The notes under the pieces are model-generated. The model did no database searches, had not been told where the DNA came from, and worked only from the letters and a program-made list of their open reading frames with translations. A DNA stretch of 64,000 nt from Acidimicrobiales bacterium (lineage in GTDB: Bacteria > Actinomycetota > Acidimicrobiia > Acidimicrobiales > Aldehydirespiratoraceae). Location of the stretch: the NCBI GenBank assembly GCA_041687805.1, contig JBDNJK010000084.1, positions 2,965 to 66,964 of the forward strand, given 5' to 3'. The translations under genes were made by a program, and so were the position numbers. Positions 39,377-48,332 of this stretch are shown piece after piece. The first letter of the stretch is position 1; each line of letters starts with the position of its first letter.

Positions 39377-39502
39377 GAGAGGAGGCGGAGGTCGAATGAG
39401 TGCGCCAGCACCCTAGAAAAGTACTGGTAGCGATGTATTGGAGGGAGTATTCGACCCCCGCCCCTACTCTCTGTGCCTGGCGGGGGCGATTCCGCCAGGC
39501 TC
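39377..39502 (-). ncRNA. Putative sigma-28-dependent structured small RNA
   Basis: 9-bp 5' hairpin plus a 21-bp outer stem and 10-bp inner stem whose five mismatches are all G-U on the minus strand only; upstream CTCAA-N16-GCCGATAG. Confidence 0.6.
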
Positions 39503-39507
39503 TACCT

Positions 39508-39536
39508 CTATCGGCGCGCGCAGAGTGGTCGTTGAG
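39508..39536 (-). promoter_or_regulatory. Putative sigma-28 promoter for the sRNA
   Basis: Minus strand reads CTCAA-N16-GCCGATAG. Confidence 0.6.
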
Positions 39537-39588
39537 TAGATTTAGCGCATTGTTCGATAATTTGGTTTTCCGCACGCGGAGGTGACGG

Positions 39589-39798
39589 GTGTTTCTTGGT
39601 CAAGATCTTCTGGTCTGGTTGGTATTGGCGATCGGTGGTGCCATGGCCGCCGGCAATTTGATGGCGCTCGTTCGGCCTCCTGAGAAGAGGATTGATGAGA
39701 CTGATCTGACGCGCGCACCGTTGGTTCGCAGCATCGTGTTCATCGTGGTGGGATCAGTTGCTTCGATCTGGGCGATTGCCAGCTTGATCAGCGGCTGA
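39589..39798 (+). CDS. Small 2-TM membrane protein
   Basis: GGAGGTGA RBS; two hydrophobic helices. Confidence 0.7.
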   Translation: MFLGQDLLVWLVLAIGGAMAAGNLMALVRPPEKRIDETDLTRAPLVRSIVFIVVGSVASIWAIASLISG

Positions 39799-39834
39799 GA
39801 TTCCGAGCGACTGAGAAATCGGTCGCGAGAACGT

Positions 39835-40593
39835 TCAGGTTCCCCATTTGGGTTGCCGCTTGTCGTTGAACGCAGCGGCTGCCTCGATGTAGTCGTCCTC
39901 ACCCATCATTTGGTTGAGGCGATGGTTGGCGTCATTCACCGATGAGGCGGGGTCGAGGCTGATCGTGTCGAGTGCGATTTGGCGTTTCGTGGCTCGAAGG
40001 GAGTTGGGGCTCACATTGGCGACGATGCTGTCGGCGTATTCGAGTGCTTCGTCGAGAGTTCGCCCAGCGGTGGTCACCCGGTTGACCAGGCCGATGAGGC
40101 GCGGAAGCAGCCACGAGAGGCCGAATTCGGCGGGCAGGTTGAGCCTGCCGTGGGCAGTCGTGAACTTTGCTCCGTCGACGGCGAAGCGAACGTCGCACCA
40201 GCAGGCGAGTGCCAGACCGACGCCAGCCACACCTCCGTTGATCGCCGCGATGGTCATCGTTTCGAGGCCGAGGAAATAGCTGAAGTCGGCGTCAAATTCC
40301 GATCTGATTCCGTAGCCGGGGTTGGCGAGGTCGGGCGGCGTGCCGGGGTCGTAGCCGCCGCGCTCGGCATGGCCGCTCAGGGCCTTACCGTCGGCGCCGG
40401 GGCAGAACGTGCGCCCGGCGGGGTCTCCGGTTATCACCACGATTCTCACCGAAGCGTCGTTCTCGGCGCGTTCAAGACAATGGCGCACCTCGGTGTGCAT
40501 GCGGCCGGTCCAGGCGTTGTGGCGTTGGGGTCGAGAGAGCGTGATTATCGCGACTTGGTAGCGGGACTCGAATTGTGTCGTGTGAAGGTCCAC
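39835..40593 (-). CDS. Enoyl-CoA hydratase/isomerase, apparently with an internal in-frame deletion (possible pseudogene)
   Basis: TL.RP...NA, FC.GAD and AAING..AG.G motifs; LLPRLIG runs directly into LVNRV. Confidence 0.75.
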   Translation of the reverse strand: MDLHTTQFESRYQVAIITLSRPQRHNAWTGRMHTEVRHCLERAENDASVRIVVITGDPAGRTFCPGADGKALSGHAERGGYDPGTPPDLANPGYGIRSEFDADFSYFLGLETMTIAAINGGVAGVGLALACWCDVRFAVDGAKFTTAHGRLNLPAEFGLSWLLPRLIGLVNRVTTAGRTLDEALEYADSIVANVSPNSLRATKRQIALDTISLDPASSVNDANHRLNQMMGEDDYIEAAAAFNDKRQPKWGT

Positions 40594-40659
40594 TTTGATC
40601 TCGCGGGTTGATGGGGGTGCCGGTTTTCTGCGCGCATCGAGACGTTAGGGTGCCCCACG

Positions 40660-42576
40660 ATGTTGAGTCGTGTTGGTCGTGATGTGTGGCGCTCCGTCGT
40701 GGTTTGTTCGGTCATGCTCGCGTCACTGATTCCCTTGGCATCGCCTGTCGCGGCTCAAACGCATTTGCAGCTTCACAACACCGACTTGGTGGTCAACGCC
40801 GCAACTCATTTCGATGTCGATCCAGCTGCCGGGGTCGTGGCGGTACACACCGACTACCTGCTGTCGAACACCTCAACGGAGCAACGACTCACCGAGTTCG
40901 ACGAGTTGCTTCTCGATGTTGCCAGTGATGTGTCTGCTACGTCACGAGGCCAGACACTGGACGTCTTGAGGATTGGAGCCGCTGACGGACTGGCGACTTG
41001 GAGGATCCAGCTGCCATCGGCGTTGCGGCCTGGACGCGATGTCGAGCTCAGTCTCACATGGTCGATAGCCGGCGGCGACCCGGCAAGTGGTGCGTATGAA
41101 ACGCTCATCAATGCTGCGTACGTCTCGTTTCCTGTGGTGGCGGTCGGCGGGCCGGGGGGCGAACACTCAGTGGACGTCACCCTTCCGCGGGGGTTTCGGA
41201 TAGTTGATGCGCCAGGGTTGACATCCACCCCAAGCTCCGATGCGGTAGTGCTCTCCGACTCCGGGTCGCTCGACACGTATGCGCCCGTCACCGTGGTAGC
41301 GACGAATCCCTCGGCTCTGGTGCCCCGTCGGGTCGCTGATTTGGATGTGGCTGTCGACCTTCTTGGTTGGCCGGGCGATGCCAAATGGGCAAACGAAGTG
41401 ACAGATGCTGTCGGCACAATTTTCCCGCAGCTCACCGAATGGCTTGGTATGTCACCGGTGGAGACACTCGAAATTCGCGAGGGGTCGCCCGATATCTACC
41501 CCGAACTGACTCCCGGGATGGTGGTGGAAGGCGGAACGTCATTGCTGGTCGATTGGTCACCGGACCTTGGCCTGCTGGGGCGGCAGCTCGCTGCCGTGTG
41601 GCTCAACGGATCACTTCCGGAGATCGATTGGGTTGCTGCGGCCGCCGCCGATGTCTTGGGCACCAGGGCAGCTCAGGTGTTCGATCCGCTCGTCGAGGGT
41701 CCTGCCGCGGACGCTGCGGATTCCAATGCCGTGGCATACGGAGTCGTCGACTCGCTGGTGGGTGAGATTGGGGAGAGTGAATTCTCGCAGGTCATGTCCT
41801 TAGTCGCGGACGGTGCCTTTACCTATCCTGGCCCGGGAGCCGAGACAATTGGACCGTTACCTGTCGACTGGCGAACACTTCTCGACAACTTGGAGGGCGT
41901 CGGTGGCAGCACGCAGGCGGCAAATCTGTTTCGTCGCATCGAGACCGATCCAGCACACTTGTCGGCTCTCGACAAGAGGGATTCGGCCCTGATCGACCTT
42001 CAGTCATTGGAAGATCTGGCTTCTGGTTGGGCGCTCCCGATATGGATTCGCCTGCCCTTGGCCAGGTGGGACTTTGGCACGTTCGAGGCCCGCCTGCCTG
42101 TCATTGAAAATACGTTGTCTCAGCGAGACGCTCTCAGCGACGAGGCTCTGGCTGCGGAAATCGATCTCGGTGATTTCGTCAGAGTCGCGTTTGAGAGTGA
42201 GTCGCACGGAATGACCGTCACTGATGCGGCCATTGCCGATCAAGTGTCGGCGCTTGATCGAATAGTTGAGGCTGAGCGTGTAGTCGATTCGAATTCCGGC
42301 TTGATCTCTTGGATCGGACTCATAGGAACCGATGTCGCCGCCAAACAATCAGGGATCCGTGCTTCGTTCGAGTCGGGCTCGTTCGACACGACTCGTGAGT
42401 TGTCCGACGACTTGGTCTCCACGATTGAGGGGTCCAATGCCGCGGGAGTCTTGCGGGTGTTCATACCTGGCGCGATCTTGCTGCTTGTCGGGTTGGGTGC
42501 TGGAGATCTGGTGAGGCGCCGACAGGGACGGTCAGGCAGCGCTGCTGTCGAAGAGATGAGAGAATCGGGTACGTAG
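40660..42576 (+). CDS. Secreted/membrane-anchored protein with a degenerate gluzincin-like (M1/MA peptidase) fold
   Basis: Signal peptide, beta-rich N-terminal domain, C-terminal TM helix; no HExxH. Confidence 0.55.
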   Translation: MLSRVGRDVWRSVVVCSVMLASLIPLASPVAAQTHLQLHNTDLVVNAATHFDVDPAAGVVAVHTDYLLSNTSTEQRLTEFDELLLDVASDVSATSRGQTLDVLRIGAADGLATWRIQLPSALRPGRDVELSLTWSIAGGDPASGAYETLINAAYVSFPVVAVGGPGGEHSVDVTLPRGFRIVDAPGLTSTPSSDAVVLSDSGSLDTYAPVTVVATNPSALVPRRVADLDVAVDLLGWPGDAKWANEVTDAVGTIFPQLTEWLGMSPVETLEIREGSPDIYPELTPGMVVEGGTSLLVDWSPDLGLLGRQLAAVWLNGSLPEIDWVAAAAADVLGTRAAQVFDPLVEGPAADAADSNAVAYGVVDSLVGEIGESEFSQVMSLVADGAFTYPGPGAETIGPLPVDWRTLLDNLEGVGGSTQAANLFRRIETDPAHLSALDKRDSALIDLQSLEDLASGWALPIWIRLPLARWDFGTFEARLPVIENTLSQRDALSDEALAAEIDLGDFVRVAFESESHGMTVTDAAIADQVSALDRIVEAERVVDSNSGLISWIGLIGTDVAAKQSGIRASFESGSFDTTRELSDDLVSTIEGSNAAGVLRVFIPGAILLLVGLGAGDLVRRRQGRSGSAAVEEMRESGT

Positions 42577-44046
42577 TTCGTTCTTGAGCACCTTGCCCAT
42601 GGTGTTTCTGGGTAGTTCAGCCACCACCTCGATGGCTTTGGGGTGCTTGAATCTGGCGAGATGATCACCTAGGTGGCGTTCGATGTCTTCGTGATTGATT
42701 TCCGTGCCGTCGGCTAGGACCACGACTGCCACCACCGCTTCGCCAAAGTCATCGTGAGTGATCCCGATCACCGCCGATTCGTGCACGCAGTCGGCGCGAT
42801 CGAGCACCGCCTCGATCTCCATGGGGTGAATGTTCTCGCCGCCGCTGATGATCATGTCGCCGGCTCTGCCTTCGAGCGTGAGTCGGCCGGCAGCGTCGAG
42901 GCGCCCGATGTCGCCGGTCGAGAACCAGCCGCCGTCGCTATGGGATTTTGTGGTGGCGTCGGGTTTTCGCCAGTAGCCGGCGCATAGATGCGGGCCACGT
43001 ATCTCGACCATACCGTTGACATCGGTTTCGGCTGCCTGACCGGTCTTGTCGCTCACCCTGACTTCGTAGCCGTTGAGCGGGAACCCGACAGTGCCGGCGA
43101 CTCGTTCACCATCGAAGGGATTTGATGTGATGATTCCCGCCTCGCTCATCCCGTAGCGTTCGCAGAGTTGGTGGTCGGTGCGCGCCGAGAACGCGTCGAA
43201 CGCGGCCGAGGTTAGGGGCGCCGAACCGGAGGTGAACAGTCGCATTTCGGCGCAGAGTTTGGCGTCGAATCTTGGATCGGCCATGAGCCGCGAGTAGTGG
43301 GTTGGCACTCCCATCATCACTGTCGACTCGGGGATGAGGTCGATCACTGCGTCGACAGAGAATCTGGGTAGGAGATGTATTGGTATTGCACCGAGCATGG
43401 CGCAGTGGAGCGCTACGAACAGGCCGTGGACGTGAAAGATAGGCAGCGAGTGAAGCAGCACGTCGTCGGGGGTGAAATTCCACGTGGAATACAGCGCCTC
43501 GGCGTTGTGGCGAAGATTGGCGTGGGTGACCATCGAACCTTTGGGCCGCCCGGTGGTGCCGGAGGTGTAGACGAGTGCGGCGAGATCGTGCTCATCGCGA
43601 TCGACGACCGCTAGCGGTGCTGCCGACTCTGCGGCAGACGTGAGCGTGCCGGACCCGTCGGCGTCGAGAGTGAGCACTTTGGCCGTCGAGGCCAGCGCGG
43701 CGATTGCTTGGGCGCGCTCGGTGGGGCAAACAATCACCGCCGGTTCGCAGTCGGCGATGAAGTATTCGACCTCGGCAAGGGTGAACGAAGGGTTGAGCGG
43801 CACGTGCACGGTGCCGGCCCCGAGACAGGCGAGATACAGGGCCACGGCGGTCGCCGACTTGTCGACCTGCACCAGCACGCGATCGCCAGGATGCGCCCCC
43901 ACCGATGCGAGCGCGCCGCTGAGGTGATCGGCCAAGTCGAACAACTCGGCGTAGTTGAGTGTGGGCCCGCCTGGGACCACAAGGCAGGGAGATCGGAGCC
44001 TGGCTGCGGCGCGTAGTTGCAGGACCGCAGCGAAGTTGTTGTTCAT
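42532..44046 (-). CDS. matB: Malonyl-CoA synthetase-like acyl-CoA ligase
   Basis: YTSGTTGRPKG, H.LPIFHVHGLFVA, SGSAPL, ERYGMSE and LPRNTMGKV.K motifs. Confidence 0.8.
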   Translation of the reverse strand: MNNNFAAVLQLRAAARLRSPCLVVPGGPTLNYAELFDLADHLSGALASVGAHPGDRVLVQVDKSATAVALYLACLGAGTVHVPLNPSFTLAEVEYFIADCEPAVIVCPTERAQAIAALASTAKVLTLDADGSGTLTSAAESAAPLAVVDRDEHDLAALVYTSGTTGRPKGSMVTHANLRHNAEALYSTWNFTPDDVLLHSLPIFHVHGLFVALHCAMLGAIPIHLLPRFSVDAVIDLIPESTVMMGVPTHYSRLMADPRFDAKLCAEMRLFTSGSAPLTSAAFDAFSARTDHQLCERYGMSEAGIITSNPFDGERVAGTVGFPLNGYEVRVSDKTGQAAETDVNGMVEIRGPHLCAGYWRKPDATTKSHSDGGWFSTGDIGRLDAAGRLTLEGRAGDMIISGGENIHPMEIEAVLDRADCVHESAVIGITHDDFGEAVVAVVVLADGTEINHEDIERHLGDHLARFKHPKAIEVVAELPRNTMGKVLKNELRTRFSHLFDSSAA

Positions 44047-44183
44047 ACCGTGCATATCAAACCAGGGCAGAGGGTCTACCAAGAGGGATACCAGCGCCAA
44101 TTCGCGCGGCCAAATTCTGTGAGCCCATCACACCCAACTACCCTCACAGCCCGTAGCAGCCAGGCAACAGTTGGAGTCGGTCG

Positions 44184-44849
44184 ATGTCTCAAGCCTCACT
44201 AACCCGCCAGGGCGATGTGTTCGTTATCGATTTCGGCGACGACGACAACATGACTTCAATTGCGTGGATCGACGACATGAACTCGATGCTGGATGAGGTA
44301 GCGGCAGCCGATGGCCCCAAGGCGCTGGTGACAACCGGCCGTGGTAAGCACTATTCGAATGGCCTTGATGTCGGTTACATGTCAGCCAACCAGGAATCGG
44401 CAGGTGGCTACGTGCATCGTGTGGAGGGTGTGCTCGCTCGGCTGTTGACGTTTCCTGCTCCTACGGTGGCGGCGGTGAACGGTCACGCGTTTGGTGCTGG
44501 TGCGTTCGTGGTTGCTGTGCATGACCATGCGGTGATGCGTGAGGACCGCGGGTTTGTGTGTTGGCCCGAGGTGCATTTGGGTATGCCGTTCACGAAGGGC
44601 CTCACGGCGATCATGCGCGACATGTTGCCGACGGCCACCGCGCATGAAGCGATGATCACCGGTCGTCGTTATGGCGGCCCGGAGGCCGTGGCTGCAAGGA
44701 TAGTGGGCGCCTCCGCCTCGCTCGATCGACTGGTTGAGGCCGCTGTTGGGATGGTCGAGCCGTTGACGGCGACGGCTGGAACCAACCTTGCGGGTCTCAA
44801 GAAGTCGTTGCACTACGACACGTGGCAGGCGCTTAACGCCGGAACCTGA
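44184..44849 (+). CDS. Enoyl-CoA hydratase/delta-isomerase family protein
   Basis: YSNGLD, AVNGHAFGAG and PEV.LG motifs. Confidence 0.85.
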   Translation: MSQASLTRQGDVFVIDFGDDDNMTSIAWIDDMNSMLDEVAAADGPKALVTTGRGKHYSNGLDVGYMSANQESAGGYVHRVEGVLARLLTFPAPTVAAVNGHAFGAGAFVVAVHDHAVMREDRGFVCWPEVHLGMPFTKGLTAIMRDMLPTATAHEAMITGRRYGGPEAVAARIVGASASLDRLVEAAVGMVEPLTATAGTNLAGLKKSLHYDTWQALNAGT

Positions 44850-44853
44850 CCGC

Positions 44854-46074
44854 TCAGTTGCGGGCCACGTCTTTCCACGGGATTGCCTTGTCGACACGAG
44901 GCTCGCCTGGCAGCCCGAGGATCTGCTCGCCGAGGATGTTGCGCATGATCTCCGATGTGCCGCCCTCTATCGAGTTGGCACGGGCCCGCAGGAACGCATA
45001 CCCGATCGAACCTGACCCACCGGAAAGATCGACACCGCCCGGGCGACGGTAGGTGTAGTCGAATCCGACCTGACCGGCCATGCCCTGCATCTCGATGCAC
45101 ATCGAGAAGACGTCTTTGTTGAGCTCGGATCCGATCATCTTGCCGACCGAGCCCTCCGGGCCAGGCTGACCCTTGCGAGCGTTCTGACCGGCGCGAATAT
45201 TGGTGAGCCGCAACACCTCAGCGTCGACCCACAGCTTCATCACCTGAGCACGACGTGATTCGGTCTTCTTGGCCTCGGGAAGCTTGTTCCAAATGTCGAC
45301 AAGCATCGCGATCGGTCCGGTGCCCCGCTTGGGGACGCCGCCACCGCCCCCGCCGATGGCGGTGCGTTCGTTCATGAACGTGGTTAGTGCAGCCCGCCAG
45401 CCTTCGCCACGGGCCCCGATGCGCAGGTCGTCGGGAATCCGCACGTCGGTGAGGTAGACCTCGTTGAACTCGGCCTCGCCGGTGATCTGACGCAACGGCC
45501 GCACCTCGACACCGGGGGCGTGCATGTCGAGCGCGAAATAGGTCATGCCCTTGTGTTTGGGCATGTCGGGGTCGGTGCGGGTTACGAGCATGCCCCAGTT
45601 GGCGATGTGGGCCAGCGTGTTCCAGACCTTCTGACCGTTGACCAACCACTCGTCGCCGTCTTCCACCGCTTTGCAGGCCAGACCAGCAAAGTCGGAGCCG
45701 GCACCGGGTTCGGAGAACAGTTGGCACCACTTATCCTCGCCGGTGAACATCGGACGCAGGAAACGGTTCTTCTGCGCTTCGTCGCCGTGGGTGAGGATGG
45801 TCGGTCCGGCCAACGCAGCGAAGAATGTGGACGGATCCATCGGCGGCGCACCTGCCTCACGCACACGCTTGTCGACCACACGCTGAAGCTGGGGCCGCAC
45901 TCCGAGGCCGCCGTGACCTGCTGGCGACTGAACCCATGCCAGCCCCCGATCGAATTGATGTCCGCGGAACTTTTCGTAGGATTCGGCTGCCGGATCGTGC
46001 TCGGCCAGAAGAGCATCGAGAGCCGATTCGACCGCGGCTAGTTCGGTGTCGTTGGAAGTTGAAGTCGATGTCAT
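44854..46074 (-). CDS. Acyl-CoA dehydrogenase
   Basis: WCQLFSEPGAGSD, NGQKVW, EFNEVYL and IEGGTSEI.RN motifs; start placed at ATG 46074. Confidence 0.92.
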   Translation of the reverse strand: MTSTSTSNDTELAAVESALDALLAEHDPAAESYEKFRGHQFDRGLAWVQSPAGHGGLGVRPQLQRVVDKRVREAGAPPMDPSTFFAALAGPTILTHGDEAQKNRFLRPMFTGEDKWCQLFSEPGAGSDFAGLACKAVEDGDEWLVNGQKVWNTLAHIANWGMLVTRTDPDMPKHKGMTYFALDMHAPGVEVRPLRQITGEAEFNEVYLTDVRIPDDLRIGARGEGWRAALTTFMNERTAIGGGGGGVPKRGTGPIAMLVDIWNKLPEAKKTESRRAQVMKLWVDAEVLRLTNIRAGQNARKGQPGPEGSVGKMIGSELNKDVFSMCIEMQGMAGQVGFDYTYRRPGGVDLSGGSGSIGYAFLRARANSIEGGTSEIMRNILGEQILGLPGEPRVDKAIPWKDVARN

Positions 46075-46216
46075 GGTGTCAGTCTGGCTGACAAAACATC
46101 TCACGGTCCAGACGGCCGGGTTATCCATAGGCCCGTTGATCTGGAGTATCTTCAGCCGATGGAGGATTTGGCACGTCCAGGTACGTGATTTCTGCGCCGG
46201 AGAGAGGTGGTGGCCG

Positions 46217-48316
46217 GTGATATCCAGTATTCCTGACGTGTCGGTTATATCGATCACCGCCGTGATTCGAGATGTGATCTGGTCGGGCTCGCCCGATATG
46301 TCAAAGATCGACTTCGTGAACCCTGCCTTCGAACAACTATGGGGTCGCACGCCTGAGGAACTCTACGAATCGGCACAGGTGCTGTTTGATGGCATACACC
46401 CTGACGATCGCGACCAGGTACGCGCCGTATTGCAAGAGAATCTCGATGCCGAGTGGATAGTGCGGTGCCGGCTCGTCAGACCCGACGGTTCAGAGATTCG
46501 AATCGAGGCCCACGGGTTCGCTCCAGTTGAAGAGAGACGTCACGGTGTCTGTCGCGACATCACGGAACCGGTGACCCGACAGCGAGAGTTGGAGGACAAC
46601 CTGAAGCTGTCGGCTGAGATGGGCCGAACGGCGAAGATCGGCGGATGGGACCTCGACGCCGAGACATCGCAAGTCAACTGGACCGATCAAGTTTTTGAAA
46701 TATTCGAAATGCCGGTGGCTGCCGCTCCTCCGCTTGACGGCGCGATCAATCTCTACCATCCGGATGATCGGGAGATCATCAGCGCTGCTGTGCAGGAAGC
46801 GCGGGAGAACGGAACTCCATACGATCTAGAGCTTCGTGTTCAGACCGCAAAAGGAAATGAGATTCATGTTCGCACGATGGGCCGAGCCGAAGTTGAGAAT
46901 GGGCGGACGGTGAAGCTGTGGGGAACCCTTCAAGACATCACTGCCCGGAAGGTGGCTGAGGCGGAACGGTCCCATATGTCGCGGTTGATTTCTGAGATGA
47001 GTCAACTCACAAAAACGGGTGTGTGGGAATACATTTTTGAAACCGGAGCTGTCACGTTCAGCGATGAACTCAACAGAATCTTTGAGATACCGGACGGCGA
47101 ACCCCCGCCCCCGTTCGAAGACCAATTGAGTCTTCATAATCCGGCGGATCATCCCGTCATACGGGAAGCGTTCCAGAGAGCGATCAAACATGGCGAGCCA
47201 TACGATCTGGAACTACGCGTGATCACCACCAAAGGGAATCATCGGTGGGTCCACACCATTGGTCGGCCTGAAGTCGTTGACGGCAAGACCGTCAGGCTGT
47301 GGGGCTCGATGCAAGACATCACCCAGCGCCGACTCAACGAGGAAGCTTTGGCGAAGAGCGAAATTCGTCGCTCGACGGTGGTAGGTGCCGCTCCCGACAG
47401 CATCGTGTTGCTGGATCAGGCTGGCATCGTTGAAGAGTGGAATCATGCAGCTGAAGTCATGTTCGGCTACTCAGCTGAGGAGGCCATCGGCAACGCTGTG
47501 GCTGACCTGATCATCCCGGAGAAATACCGGAGCGCCCACACCAAGGGCCTTGCGGAGTTCGCACTCACGGGCGACGGTCCGGCATTCGGTTCAATGATCG
47601 AAGTGGAAGCGCTCAGGGCTGATGGTTCGACGGTTCCAATTGAGTTGGCCATTCAGGGATCCGAAGATGGAGGCAAGAAGTTTGCTGTGGGGATCATGCG
47701 AGACGTGTCCGAGCGGGTCGACAACGAACGGCGTTTGCTCATGGTCTTCGAACAACTCGTTGGTGCAATGGCCCGGACGGTTGAAAACCGTGACCCATAC
47801 ACCGCCGGTCACCAGATGAGAGTGCGCGACCTCAGCGTGGCGCTTGCCGAGCAACTGGGGTTTAGCCCTGATGAGATTCGCGGCATCACCTATGGCGCGA
47901 TGATTCACGACATTGGAAAGATGGCGGTGCCAGCCGAGATCTTGAATCGGCCGGGAAAGCTCTCCACTCTCGAGTTCGAGATGATCAAGAGCCACCCTGT
48001 GGTTGGAGCTGAGATCATCTCCGATGTGGCTTTTCCGTGGCCGGTCGGTTCGGTTGTGCTGCAGCATCATGAACGCCTCGATGGATCTGGCTACCCATAC
48101 GGGCTGAAGGCCGGCGAAATTTCGAACGAGGCGCAAATCGTGGCCGTGGCAGATGTGGTCGAGGCCATGAGTTCACATCGTCCCTATCGGGCGGCGTTGG
48201 GGATTGACGCTGCGTTGGCTGAAATCTCCAAAGGTCGAGGCATCACATTCGACACGGATGCCGTCGACGCCTGCATCGGCTTGTTCCGCGACGGCCAGTT
48301 CACGTTCGACAACTAG
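46217..48316 (+). CDS. Multi-PAS HD-GYP cyclic-dinucleotide phosphodiesterase
   Basis: Four PAS/PAC units; RDPYTAGHQ, HDIGK, HHERLDGSGYP and HRPYR motifs; GTG after a GAGG RBS. Confidence 0.9.
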   Translation: MISSIPDVSVISITAVIRDVIWSGSPDMSKIDFVNPAFEQLWGRTPEELYESAQVLFDGIHPDDRDQVRAVLQENLDAEWIVRCRLVRPDGSEIRIEAHGFAPVEERRHGVCRDITEPVTRQRELEDNLKLSAEMGRTAKIGGWDLDAETSQVNWTDQVFEIFEMPVAAAPPLDGAINLYHPDDREIISAAVQEARENGTPYDLELRVQTAKGNEIHVRTMGRAEVENGRTVKLWGTLQDITARKVAEAERSHMSRLISEMSQLTKTGVWEYIFETGAVTFSDELNRIFEIPDGEPPPPFEDQLSLHNPADHPVIREAFQRAIKHGEPYDLELRVITTKGNHRWVHTIGRPEVVDGKTVRLWGSMQDITQRRLNEEALAKSEIRRSTVVGAAPDSIVLLDQAGIVEEWNHAAEVMFGYSAEEAIGNAVADLIIPEKYRSAHTKGLAEFALTGDGPAFGSMIEVEALRADGSTVPIELAIQGSEDGGKKFAVGIMRDVSERVDNERRLLMVFEQLVGAMARTVENRDPYTAGHQMRVRDLSVALAEQLGFSPDEIRGITYGAMIHDIGKMAVPAEILNRPGKLSTLEFEMIKSHPVVGAEIISDVAFPWPVGSVVLQHHERLDGSGYPYGLKAGEISNEAQIVAVADVVEAMSSHRPYRAALGIDAALAEISKGRGITFDTDAVDACIGLFRDGQFTFDN

Positions 48317-48332
48317 CAGGCCATCGAGACCT

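Noticed and set aside
39377-39471. Identification of the long hairpin as 6S/Ms1, SRP RNA or a tRNA
   Set aside because: It is too short for 6S/Ms1 with a very asymmetric bubble, lacks the SRP GGAA-loop/AGCAG motif, and does not form a cloverleaf. Kept as an unknown sRNA.
46121-46129. Single DnaA-box-like TTATCCATA
   Set aside because: An isolated one-mismatch match that is compatible with chance.
46046-46350. Apparent head-to-head overlap of the acyl-CoA dehydrogenase and PAS-HD-GYP genes
   Set aside because: More plausible starts at 46074 (-) and 46217 (+) remove the overlap.
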